DNA from: Vulcanimicrobiota bacterium
GTDB lineage: Bacteria; Vulcanimicrobiota; Xenobia; Xenobiales; JADMJV01
NCBI GenBank assembly: GCA_050250895.1
Contig: JBFWNU010000001.1
Location: 3,648,149 to 3,712,148, forward strand
Direction: 5' to 3'
Length of the DNA: 64,000 nt
Part shown: piece after piece, positions 1 through 9,018 of the stretch
How the letters are laid out: each line of letters begins with the position of its first letter
How positions within the stretch are numbered: position 1 is the first letter of the stretch
Made by a program: the position numbers and the translations under genes
The notes under the pieces: model-generated
What the model was told of the DNA's origin: nothing
Seen by the model: the letters and a program-made list of their open reading frames with translations, nothing else
Databases searched by the model: none

Positions 1-20
1 TTGTTGTTAAGATCCTTCAT
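1..20 (-). CDS. 5' end of a gene running off the left edge (MKDLNN...)
   Basis: ATG at 20 on the minus strand, preceded by a GAGGAG Shine-Dalgarno; only 6 codons are visible. Confidence 0.5.
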
Positions 21-39
21 GTATCTCCTCATTTCTAGC

Positions 40-294
40 TCACCTGCAGCATTCTTCACCCTCGACCATGACGTTGGCCCAGCGGGGCAGTTGGGAGCGC
101 AGCTTGGCATAGGCGGCCGATCCCTGGCGGGCGCAAAGTTCGACCCTGGTGAGGTCGAGAAGCAGGCGGTCCCGATCGGGAAAGGCCGCCAGCCAATCGA
201 GCAACCGGTCAGCGGTTTGGTGGTCCAGGACCCCGGTCACACAACCCTCAAATCCTCGCCTGTCAAAGTTGATATTGAGCTCGATCGTTCGCAT
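40..294 (-). CDS. Small STAS-like (anti-anti-sigma type) protein
   Basis: AAAGGAG RBS before ATG 294 (MRTIEL...). The pattern VTGVLD..TA..L...LLLDLTRVE resembles the STAS fold. Confidence 0.55.
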   Translation of the reverse strand: MRTIELNINFDRRGFEGCVTGVLDHQTADRLLDWLAAFPDRDRLLLDLTRVELCARQGSAAYAKLRSQLPRWANVMVEGEECCR

Positions 295-435
295 CGCGCC
301 TCTCCTTTCGTTGCCGTCCGTGCCTCGTTTGGTGAGTCTAATCATCAGGCGGGCTACTTCCCAGCCTCTAGCGTATCTGGCGATGACATCCGCCGGGTGG
401 GGAACCATGGTGGCCGACCTGGGCGCCCATGTGGG

Positions 436-933
436 TCAGTCGGTGGGGTCGGCCACCATGACATCGGCCGGGTCGGCCACGATGAAGACGAACTTTTGGC
501 GGTCGAGTTCCATCCGAGCCGAGGGGCCCAGCCGATTAGGGGGGACCGTGCTCGCTGGTCTCAACCGGCCTTCGACGGTCAGTTCGAGACCGGTCTCGAG
601 GCGAGGCTGTGGGGTTTCGAAGATGACCAGCAGCGGGTTGTCACCCGTCTCACTGCTCAGCCTGGCTGCCTGGTTGTCAAGAAACTCGTCGACCCGGCCG
701 GTCAAGGTGATACTGCCCTGCTGGTAGCGTTGAGGGTGGGCCAACAAGGCAGCGATGGTGGTCTGTCCGGCAGCGGGGGTGGCCCAGGTGGTCTTCAGCC
801 CGTCATTTCCGCCACTGCGCCAGGCCCAGCCGAACAACGCCAGCAAGACTGCCAGCCCGACCATACCCCAGAACCATTTCGTTCGGGTGGTAGGTCTGTT
901 CGGGCTGGCAGCCATGGAGGAATGGGTTGGCAA
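436..933 (-). CDS. Membrane-anchored hypothetical protein, possible OB-fold
   Basis: One TM segment (WFWGMVGLAVLLALFGWAW) followed by TIAALLAHPQRY..ITLTGRV..LTVEGRL. Start uncertain. Confidence 0.6.
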   Translation of the reverse strand: MPTHSSMAASPNRPTTRTKWFWGMVGLAVLLALFGWAWRSGGNDGLKTTWATPAAGQTTIAALLAHPQRYQQGSITLTGRVDEFLDNQAARLSSETGDNPLLVIFETPQPRLETGLELTVEGRLRPASTVPPNRLGPSARMELDRQKFVFIVADPADVMVADPTD

Positions 934-945
934 TCGCAGCCGCTG

Positions 946-2166
946 CTAGCCAGTGGTGGCTTCGAGTTCGGATTGAACCTGCGATGTTCGGCGCATGGCT
1001 TTGGGGTCGAGCACCGTCTTGATGCACCCGTCGGCCTTTTCTGAAAAGCGCTGATAAGCCTCGGCGGCGTTCTCGAGCGGGTCGCGATGAGTGATAAGGA
1101 AGGTCGGGTCGATCTCGTTGGCCTGGATCTTCTCGAGCAAAGGCTTGAGATAACGATGAACATGGGTCTGTCCCATTTTCAGGGTCAAGCCTTTGGCGAA
1201 GGCCGCTCCGAACGGCAGCTTGTCCAGCATCCCTCCATAAACGCCCGGGATGGACACCACGCCCCCCTTGCGGCAGACCTGCAACGCCTGACGCAAGACA
1301 TTGGGGCGGTCGGTGGCCAGATGCAAGGTGTCCTTAACGTGGTCATAGATAGCGCCCGGGCCAGTGCCGTGAGCCTCCAAACCGACAGCGTCGATGCAGG
1401 CATCGGGACCGCGGCCGCCGGTCAGCTCGGGCAGCCTGGTGAGAGGGTTGTGTTGATTATAATCGACGGTGATGGCGCCGATGGTGTTGGCCAGTTCTAG
1501 GCGTTCGGGCACGCTGTCGATGGCGATGACCCGCTCTGCCCCTAGCATCTGGGCGCTCTTGATGGCGAACAGTCCCACCGGCCCGCAGCCCCAAACAGCG
1601 ATCGTATCGCCATCCCGAATCGAGCAGTTCTCGGCGGCCTGGTAACCGGTGGGAAAGATGTCGGATAAGAACAGAGCCTGTTCGTCGCTGATCCCTTCGG
1701 GCACCTTGATGGGACCCACATCGGCATAGGGCACCCGGACCAGTTCGGCCTGGCCTCCGGCGTAGCCCCCGAGCAAATGCGAATAGCCGAACAAGCCTGA
1801 CGGTGAGTGGCCGTACACTTTATTGGCCAGAACGACGTTGGGGTTAGAGTTGTCACACAAAGACCACAGGTCGCGTTCGCAGAAGAAGCAATTTCCGCAA
1901 GCGATGGTGAAAGGCACCACTACCCGGTCTCCCTTCTTGAGGCGACGCACGTTCTTGCCGACCTCGACTACCCGTCCCATGAATTCGTGGCCGAGAATAT
2001 CTCCGGTCTCCATAGTGGGGATGTAGCCGTGATAAAGATGCAGATCCGAACCACAGATGGCGGTCGCGGTCACCTCGATGATAGCGTCACCAGGGTTGAG
2101 GATCTGCGGGTCGGGCACCGTTTCTACCCGAACGTCTTTGACCCCGTGAAAAACTAGCGCTTTCAT
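946..2166 (-). CDS. Zinc-dependent alcohol/formaldehyde dehydrogenase (YbdR/Fdh-like MDR)
   Basis: CGSDLH, GHEFMG, structural Zn site CGNCFFC..C and GCGPVG NAD-binding motif. Confidence 0.93.
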   Translation of the reverse strand: MKALVFHGVKDVRVETVPDPQILNPGDAIIEVTATAICGSDLHLYHGYIPTMETGDILGHEFMGRVVEVGKNVRRLKKGDRVVVPFTIACGNCFFCERDLWSLCDNSNPNVVLANKVYGHSPSGLFGYSHLLGGYAGGQAELVRVPYADVGPIKVPEGISDEQALFLSDIFPTGYQAAENCSIRDGDTIAVWGCGPVGLFAIKSAQMLGAERVIAIDSVPERLELANTIGAITVDYNQHNPLTRLPELTGGRGPDACIDAVGLEAHGTGPGAIYDHVKDTLHLATDRPNVLRQALQVCRKGGVVSIPGVYGGMLDKLPFGAAFAKGLTLKMGQTHVHRYLKPLLEKIQANEIDPTFLITHRDPLENAAEAYQRFSEKADGCIKTVLDPKAMRRTSQVQSELEATTG

Positions 2167-2858
2167 CCGTTCAACCTTTCCCGGCCGGCTCCCATGGGTT
2201 GTCCCTCGATGGTAGGGGCCTCGCCGACCTCTAAGTGAGATTTCAGTTGCCAGAGGGCTCGCTCCAGCGTTTCGTGGGGCTCGTCTCCGGTCAGCCGCGC
2301 GAGAGTAGCGGTGAGATTCCCTCCGGGCACTCGATAGGCGAGACTGACTTTCAGGACCGTTCCCCGGGCACTTTCCGAAAGATCGATTGTGCCCCAGTTG
2401 TCGATATCGCCCTCGATGGTCTCCCAGGACAGGCTTCGTCCAGGCTCTATCTCGAGCAATCGGGCCGTCCAGCGGTAGGTGCCTGCCGGCCCCGAGACGC
2501 TAAAGCGATAGGTGCCGTCGTCTTGTCTCTGGCTCACTATCACCGGACCGGTGAGTCGAGCCAGATCGTGGACATCTTGGAGGAAGAACCGGAAGATTTC
2601 TTCGGCGGGTTTGGCGATGGTCACTGACCGCGAGAAAGAGACGGTTCCCTCTTCTCCGCTCGCGCTCGAGTGTCCGAGCGCCTCGTATACATGGCAGTGT
2701 CCCGAGAGACCGCGATAGGTGAGGGCCGCCCCCACGGCCGTTCCGGTCCACGAGTTCCGCCAGGAGCGGGCTACCAGAAGGGCGCCCAGTCCCGCCGACA
2801 CTAATCGTTCCCAGTTGGCCACATTACGTCCGTTTTCTGATGTTGTCGTGTTCGTCAT
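2163..2858 (-). CDS. SRPBCC (cyclase/dehydrase-like) protein with N-terminal DUF2892/YgaP-like membrane segment
   Basis: [10 protein letters not shown]...[15 protein letters not shown]-terminus, [12 protein letters not shown], and C-terminal [17 protein letters not shown] overlap with the dehydrogenase gene. Confidence 0.85.
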   Translation of the reverse strand: MTNTTTSENGRNVANWERLVSAGLGALLVARSWRNSWTGTAVGAALTYRGLSGHCHVYEALGHSSASGEEGTVSFSRSVTIAKPAEEIFRFFLQDVHDLARLTGPVIVSQRQDDGTYRFSVSGPAGTYRWTARLLEIEPGRSLSWETIEGDIDNWGTIDLSESARGTVLKVSLAYRVPGGNLTATLARLTGDEPHETLERALWQLKSHLEVGEAPTIEGQPMGAGRERLNG

Positions 2859-3094
2859 GGCTAGCGGTTCGTCATCTCCATTCCTGCGTCGATTTCCTCG
2901 TCTTGAAATCTCATTCTCTACTCCTTATGTTTTAGATTCCGGTCCAGTCTAGCCTGATGCGACTCGCGCTCGCAGACGCACTCGGATGAACCGGCCGCAT
3001 CCCCGGGTTACCCCTCGGTGGGGGGAACGGCGGATGCCCTCACCTCATCCGCAGGCGGGTGGCGACCATCGGCCGGCCCGCGTAGGCTGTCAGG

Positions 3095-4183
3095 GTGGTT
3101 CAGCATGGAGACAGACACCAGCCGTGGCAATGGGCGGCTGCCCTGGGGCTGCTCGTCGTCGTTTGGTGGTGCCGGCACGTCCTGTTGCTGTTGGGTCTGG
3201 CCCTGGTCCTGGCCGTGTTCTTGCACCGCATCATCTCTGGTCTGGAGCGGCTCTCGGGGCTCGGCTATCGGGTCTGTTTTGGCCTGGTGCTGGGGGGACT
3301 CTGTCTGGGTATCCTGGCCTCGAGTTGGACGGTGGGCTCCCAGGTGGTCGCCCAGACCCAGGGGTTGCTCGAGACGCTTCCATCCTCTCTGCGTCAAGTA
3401 GAGGCCGAACTGCGCCAACACCCGACTCTCTTGCGAGTCTATGAGGCGGTCAACGACTCCGTCGAGCAAGACTTCATTCTCGACCGGGCTATGGGTATCG
3501 GCTCGACCGCCGTGGGAGCGCTCACCGGGTCCGGTTTGGTGTTAGCCCTGGCCATCTATCTGGTGTTCGAGCCCGCCCTCTACCGCCGAGGCTTGCTGCA
3601 ACTCGTGCCTAGTTCACAACGTGGTCTGGTCGATCGGATGCTCAAGAGGCTTTATCAAGACATGACCAGCTATTTGTGGGCCACTCTCTACTCGATGGCC
3701 ATCATCGGCTTGCTGACCACGCTGGGGCTCTGGCTCATCGATCTGCCGATGTTTTTGGCCCTGGGCTTGTTAGCGGGATTGCTGGAATTCATTCCCTACC
3801 TCGGCCCTCTGCTCGCGGGCGTCCCCATCCTATTGGTTGCCTTCTCGGTGGGACCTGAGCAGACCATGTGGGCCTGCCTGTGTTACGCGGCCATCCAGTT
3901 GCTCGAGTCGTGGCTCATTACACCGATGGTGCATCGTGACATGGTGCGGCTACCTCCGGCCCTGACCCTGCTGTGCCAATCCCTGATGGCGGTTCTGTTC
4001 GGAGTGCTGGGCGTGGTGTTGGCGGCGCCTACCACTCGGACCCTGATGACCTCAGTGCAAGTGGTCCAACATCAGAAAGAGGGGTCCGACGCTTGGGCTC
4101 CTCCAGATGAGAGAGACGGCGCGCACCCGGGCCTCGAGCGAGGCCCGGGTGGCGTTGGTGTTAGTGGTTCCGGAGGGCACTGA
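3095..4183 (+). CDS. AI-2E family transporter
   Basis: Multi-TM protein with LEFIPYLGP, QLLESWLITP and LFGVLGVVLAAP motifs. Confidence 0.88.
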   Translation: MVQHGDRHQPWQWAAALGLLVVVWWCRHVLLLLGLALVLAVFLHRIISGLERLSGLGYRVCFGLVLGGLCLGILASSWTVGSQVVAQTQGLLETLPSSLRQVEAELRQHPTLLRVYEAVNDSVEQDFILDRAMGIGSTAVGALTGSGLVLALAIYLVFEPALYRRGLLQLVPSSQRGLVDRMLKRLYQDMTSYLWATLYSMAIIGLLTTLGLWLIDLPMFLALGLLAGLLEFIPYLGPLLAGVPILLVAFSVGPEQTMWACLCYAAIQLLESWLITPMVHRDMVRLPPALTLLCQSLMAVLFGVLGVVLAAPTTRTLMTSVQVVQHQKEGSDAWAPPDERDGAHPGLERGPGGVGVSGSGGH

Positions 4184-4433
4184 TCAACTCGCTCTTGTTC
4201 ATCTGAGAGCGGCCGTCGATGTCTAGCTCCTTGGCGCGATCGTAGAGATCGTTCTTGGTCCAGTCTTCATATTTCTTCGAATGACCACCCCGTTTGCCAA
4301 CCGAGCTGCGGCCTTCGCGAGCGGCCTGATTGGCGATGCGGGCCGACTTCTCTTTGCTGTTGCCCTCTTCCCGAAGACGTTCGTAGAGTTTGTCGTCTTT
4401 GATCTGCGGTCCGTGGCTTTTACCTTTAGGCAT
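4161..4433 (-). CDS. Small stress protein with C-terminal Rho-N-like domain
   Basis: IKDDKLYERLREEGNSKEKSARIAN ... YEDWTKNDLYDRAKELDIDGRSQMNKSELISALR. GAGGAG RBS before ATG 4433. Confidence 0.85.
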   Translation of the reverse strand: MPKGKSHGPQIKDDKLYERLREEGNSKEKSARIANQAAREGRSSVGKRGGHSKKYEDWTKNDLYDRAKELDIDGRSQMNKSELISALRNH

Positions 4434-4534
4434 GGTGTTTCTCCTCATGTTGATGATGCTTCCAGCCTAGCCGGTTTTGGGCCGCGCTACCGAGCCTCAC
4501 CGGTATCCCACCGGCCCATCCCCGGGCGCACCCA

Positions 4535-6334
4535 TTAGCGCACCACCGACTTGATCTTCTCCATATAGCCGGCAGCCATGCCGCGCATGGAGGCGACCAC
4601 CGTGTTCCAGGCGTCCGGGTCGCCCTTGAGCAGAGCCTTGCCGTAGGATACCGATTGGTTGAGGTTGATGTGCGGGGGCAGGGGAGGGACGTTGGGATCG
4701 GTGAGGGCGTCGACCACCACCGGGCGGTCGGCGGCAAAGGCCTGCTTCCAGCTCTTCTTGATCTGGTCGGTCTTCTCGATCCGGATACCGCGCAGACCGA
4801 GCTGTTCGGCAAATTCGGCGTAGTTGAGCGGGGGTAGACTCTGCGAGCCCTCGAACTTGGGGTCACCTTCCATGACGCGTTGCTCCCAGGTGACCTGATT
4901 GAGGTCCCGGTTGTTGAGCACCAGGATGAGCAAACGGGGATCCTGCCAATCCTGCCAGAGGCGCGAGATGGTAATCAATCCATTGAGGCCGTTCATCTGC
5001 ATGGCTCCATCGCCGACGCAGGCGATCACCGGGCGTTCGGGATAGGCCAGCTTGGCGGCGATCGCGTAAGGGACTCCGGGGCCCATGGTGGCCAGGCCCC
5101 CCGAGAGCGAGGCCAGCATGCCTTCCTTGACCTTGAGATCCCGGGCGAACCAGTTGGCTGCCGAGCCCGAGTCACAGGTGAGGACGCAGTCGTCAGGAAG
5201 GTGGGGAGACAGTTCCCAAAAGACTCTTTGAGGATTGGTGGGCTGGCCATCTTGCATGGCCCGCGACTCGACCGTATTCCACCAGGTCTTGACCGACTTC
5301 TCGATGCGCTGGCGCCAGCTGTGATCGGACCTGGCGGTCAGCATCGGCAATAGGGCCTGAAGGGTCTGGCGCGAGTCGCCGTGCAGGTTGACTTCCATCG
5401 GGTAGCGCAGCCCGACGTGGCGAGGTTTGATGTCGATCTGGACTCCGCGAGCCTGGCCTTCGGGGGGAAGGAATTCGGAGTAGGGGAAGTTCGTGCCGAT
5501 CATCAGCAGGGTGTCACACTCCATCATCAGGTCCCAGCTGGGGCGAGTGCCCAGCAATCCGATGGCTCCGGTGACCCAGGGCAGATAGTCCGAGAGGACG
5601 GCTTTGCCCAGCAACGACTTGGCCACTCCGGCGCCGAGACGTTCAGCCACCTGAATGACCTCGTCGCTGGCTCCCAGTGCGCCCGCCCCCACTAGCATAG
5701 CCACCTTCTTGCCGCTGTTGAGCACTTCGGCGGCGCGCTGCAGATCGCTCTGGTAGGGTATGATGCGAGGCCGAGCGTAGCCGATGCCACTGAACGTCGC
5801 GCCGTGAGCGCGGGGTGGGTCTTGCATCGGCTGCCCCTGCAGGTCGTTGGGCACGATGATGCAGGTCACGGTTCGCTCGGCCCAGGCGATGCGCACGGCC
5901 TGATCGATGAGCGTGCGAATCTGGGAGGGCGTGTGGCACATATGGACATAGTGATGCGCTACGTCCTTGAAGAGCGAGATCAGGTCGACCTCTTGCTGAT
6001 AGTCAGACCCCATGGCCGTGGTTGCCTGCTGGCCCACGATGGCCACCACCGGCATGTTGTCTTTTTTGGCATCGTAAAGACCGTTCAGCAGATGGATGGC
6101 GCCCGGGCCAGAGGTGGCCAGACACACGCCGACTTCGCCGGTGAATTTGGCGTGGGCGCAGGCCATAAAGGCAGCCAGCTCTTCGTGGCGCGTTTGCACG
6201 AAACTCAGTAAGTCTTCATGCCGGTCAAGGGCTCCGACGATGCCGTTGATACCATCGCCGGGGTAGCCGAAGATACGGCGCACGCCCCATTGATGCAATC
6301 TTTTGATAATGAAATCTCCAACTGTATCACTCAT
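4535..6334 (-). CDS. Thiamine pyrophosphate-requiring enzyme (pyruvate oxidase/PoxB-like)
   Basis: GYPGDGING, RHEELAAF, TSGPGAIHLLNGLYDA and GDGAMQM...NN TPP motif. Start set at MSDTVGD. Confidence 0.92.
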   Translation of the reverse strand: MSDTVGDFIIKRLHQWGVRRIFGYPGDGINGIVGALDRHEDLLSFVQTRHEELAAFMACAHAKFTGEVGVCLATSGPGAIHLLNGLYDAKKDNMPVVAIVGQQATTAMGSDYQQEVDLISLFKDVAHHYVHMCHTPSQIRTLIDQAVRIAWAERTVTCIIVPNDLQGQPMQDPPRAHGATFSGIGYARPRIIPYQSDLQRAAEVLNSGKKVAMLVGAGALGASDEVIQVAERLGAGVAKSLLGKAVLSDYLPWVTGAIGLLGTRPSWDLMMECDTLLMIGTNFPYSEFLPPEGQARGVQIDIKPRHVGLRYPMEVNLHGDSRQTLQALLPMLTARSDHSWRQRIEKSVKTWWNTVESRAMQDGQPTNPQRVFWELSPHLPDDCVLTCDSGSAANWFARDLKVKEGMLASLSGGLATMGPGVPYAIAAKLAYPERPVIACVGDGAMQMNGLNGLITISRLWQDWQDPRLLILVLNNRDLNQVTWEQRVMEGDPKFEGSQSLPPLNYAEFAEQLGLRGIRIEKTDQIKKSWKQAFAADRPVVVDALTDPNVPPLPPHINLNQSVSYGKALLKGDPDAWNTVVASMRGMAAGYMEKIKSVVR

Positions 6335-6509
6335 GCCTTTCAGCCTGGCACCGATGCCGTCAGCCCACAACCCCAGGGGGTATCCAGCCAGCCTATCCTC
6401 TGGTTCTGGATCCGACGGTCAACCCTGGTATGCCCTGCCCTAACCCGGTTGGGTGTTGGCTCGCGGGCTTCGCGGTTCCTACGATGAGCAGACGGAAGGA
6501 GCTGCACCT

Positions 6510-7550
6510 ATGAGTCAAGTGGTAGTCATTACCGGAGCGAGCGCCGGAGTAGGCCGGGCCACCGCCCGCCGCTTCGCCCGGGACGGGGCCCGTCTGGGGC
6601 TCTTGGCGCGCGGCCAAGTGGGACTCGAGGCTACTCGGCGGGAGGTAGAGGAATTGGGAGGGCAAGCCCTGGCGATTTCCACCGACGTTGCCGATTATGC
6701 CCAGGTCAAGCATGCCGCCGAACAGATCGAGGAGCGATTCGGTCCTATCGACGTCTGGATCAATAACGCCATGGTCACCGTCTTCTCGCCCGTCAAGAAG
6801 ATGCAGGCGGAAGAATTTCGCAGGGTCACCGAGGTGACTTACCTCGGCGCCGTTCACGGCACGATGGTGGCCCTCGAGCACATGCAAAAGCGGGACCAGG
6901 GCGTGATCCTCCAGGTTGGCTCCGTTCTGGCCTATCGAGCCATTCCTTTGCAGTCAGCCTATTGCGGGGCCAAGCATGCCATCCAGGGTTTCAGCGAATC
7001 GTTGCGCTCGGAGTTGATGCACGACGATAGCGGTATCAGTCTCTCGATGGTGCAGCTTCCGGCCTTGAACACGCCGCAGTTCGAATGGTCGCGTAACAAG
7101 ATGGGTCAGAAGGCGCAGCCGGTTCCTCCGATCTATGAGCCCGAGGTGGCCGCCGAGGCGATTCACTGGGCCGTCAGCGAGACCCCCCGCGAAATGAGCG
7201 TGGGAATGCGTTCGAGTCTCATCTTGAACCTCAACAAATTCTTTCCCGGTGTGGGTGACAGGTACCTGGCCGAGAACGGCTACAGTTCTCAGATGCGCGA
7301 GGAACCGAGCGATCCCGAGCGAGCTGACAATCTTTTCGCGCCCATCGAACGGGACGCTGGCGCCAGAGGGCCTTTCAGTGACCGGGCGCGGGCCAGCAGC
7401 CGCCAACTGTGGGTCAGCTCTCACAAAGGCTTGCTGATGGCCGCCGCTGGCGCCCTGGCGGCCGGCACTCTGCTGGCCATCAAAGGCAAAAATGGAAAAG
7501 GAGAAGAGCTTCCTGATACCCGCTCGCCCGAAGCTCATCGAATACCATGA
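6510..7550 (+). CDS. SDR family oxidoreductase
   Basis: TGASAGVG, NNA and YCGAK catalytic motif; GGAAGGA RBS. Confidence 0.92.
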   Translation: MSQVVVITGASAGVGRATARRFARDGARLGLLARGQVGLEATRREVEELGGQALAISTDVADYAQVKHAAEQIEERFGPIDVWINNAMVTVFSPVKKMQAEEFRRVTEVTYLGAVHGTMVALEHMQKRDQGVILQVGSVLAYRAIPLQSAYCGAKHAIQGFSESLRSELMHDDSGISLSMVQLPALNTPQFEWSRNKMGQKAQPVPPIYEPEVAAEAIHWAVSETPREMSVGMRSSLILNLNKFFPGVGDRYLAENGYSSQMREEPSDPERADNLFAPIERDAGARGPFSDRARASSRQLWVSSHKGLLMAAAGALAAGTLLAIKGKNGKGEELPDTRSPEAHRIP

Positions 7551-7921
7551 ACAACCCCCCAGGCAAGCAGCTGTGGGCCCTGGCCGAAGGCTACATTCCC
7601 GAGTGGAGCCACGGACCCAAGCCCGAACTCGAGAGCCACGGTACCATCTGCGTGCTCAACGCCGGTGACGAGCAAGCCGAATTGGAACTGACCATCTACT
7701 TTGCCGACCGGGAGCCGGCAGGTCCCTACCGGATGACGGTGGCGCCTCGGCGCACCCAGCATATTCGCTTCAATGAACTAAGCGACCCGGAGACGATTCC
7801 CAAAGGCAAGGATTTTGCCAGCGTGCTGTGTTCGCAGGTGCCGGTAGTGGTTCAGCACACGCGCATCGACACTCGCCAGGCCGAAGCCGCCTTGATGTCC
7901 ACCATCGGCTACAGTCAGTGA
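7547..7921 (+). CDS. Anabaena sensory rhodopsin transducer (ASRT) family protein
   Basis: GKQLWALAEGYIP...SHGTICVLNAG...VAPRRTQHIRFNEL...PVVVQHTRIDTRQ pattern. Confidence 0.88.
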   Translation: MNNPPGKQLWALAEGYIPEWSHGPKPELESHGTICVLNAGDEQAELELTIYFADREPAGPYRMTVAPRRTQHIRFNELSDPETIPKGKDFASVLCSQVPVVVQHTRIDTRQAEAALMSTIGYSQ

Positions 7922-9006
7922 GGATCGAAAATCTACGGGTGGGAGCCTATCAGGTTCCTACCGATGCGCCCGAGTCGGACGGAACCCTGAAGTGGGACTC
8001 CACCACTCTGGTGCTGGTGCGTCTGGATTGCCAGGAGCATACCGGTCTTGGCTATAGCTACGCGCACGCCTCGGTCGCCAGCCTGATCCACTCGAAGTTG
8101 CGCCCGGTGGTCGAGGGCCGGGACCCTTTCGAGGGGCCGGCCCTCTGGTTGGAGATGCTCGACTGTCTGCGCAATCTGGGAAGGCCGGGCCTGACATCTT
8201 ATGGCGTGGCCGCCGTCGATGTGGCGCTTTGGGACCTCAAAGCTCGTTTGCTGGGGTTGCCGCTGGTCGACCTGTTAGGCCGCGCCCGGAGCTCTATCCC
8301 AATCTATGGCTCGGGTGGCTTTACCTCGTATGACCTGGTCAGGTTGCGTGAGCAACTCTCGGGCTGGGTCGATGAGGGCATCTCGATGGTCAAGATGAAG
8401 GTCGGTCGCCACCCCGAAGATGATCCCGAGCGAGTGCGGGTGGCGCGCCAGGCCATCGGAGACGGGCCCGACCTGTTCGTCGATGCCAACGGCGGCTACC
8501 GGCGCAAGCAGGCTCTCGAACTAGCCCGCCGCTTTCACGAAGAGGCGGGGGTAAGCTGGTTTGAAGAGCCCGTTCCCTCAGATGATCTGGCTGGCCTGCG
8601 GCTGATACGCGATCGGGGCCCGGCGGGCCTCGATGTGACCGCTGGCGAGTATGGGTATCGGCTCGTCTATTTCCGGCGCATGCTCGAAGCCGGAGCGGTC
8701 GACGTGATGCAGGCCGATGCCACTCGGTGTGCGGGGGTGACCGGATTTCTGCAGGTGGCCGCCCTTTGCAGAGCTTTCCAGGTGCCCCTCTCGGCGCACT
8801 GCGCGCCCACCCTGCACGCCAGTGTCTGCTGCGCCTGTCTGCCGGTTTGTCACCTGGAGTATTTTCATGATCACGTGCGCATCGAGCAGATGCTGTTCGA
8901 CGGGGTGCCCGCCCTGCGCCAGGGCGGCCTGGTGCCGGCTCTGGATCGACCCGGCCTGGGCATCGAGTTTCGGGAGCGCGACGCCCAGCGCTTCGCGGTC
9001 AATTGA
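7918..9006 (+). CDS. Mandelate racemase/muconate lactonizing enzyme (enolase superfamily) protein
   Basis: KMKVG, DANG, WFEEP and GE metal ligands. GTG start overlaps the ASRT stop (GTGA). Confidence 0.9.
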   Translation: MRIENLRVGAYQVPTDAPESDGTLKWDSTTLVLVRLDCQEHTGLGYSYAHASVASLIHSKLRPVVEGRDPFEGPALWLEMLDCLRNLGRPGLTSYGVAAVDVALWDLKARLLGLPLVDLLGRARSSIPIYGSGGFTSYDLVRLREQLSGWVDEGISMVKMKVGRHPEDDPERVRVARQAIGDGPDLFVDANGGYRRKQALELARRFHEEAGVSWFEEPVPSDDLAGLRLIRDRGPAGLDVTAGEYGYRLVYFRRMLEAGAVDVMQADATRCAGVTGFLQVAALCRAFQVPLSAHCAPTLHASVCCACLPVCHLEYFHDHVRIEQMLFDGVPALRQGGLVPALDRPGLGIEFRERDAQRFAVN

Positions 9007-9018
9007 GAGGAGAACGAC

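Noticed and set aside
7547-7921. Light-sensing system inferred from ASRT
   Set aside because: No rhodopsin gene in the window, and the gene context is metabolic.
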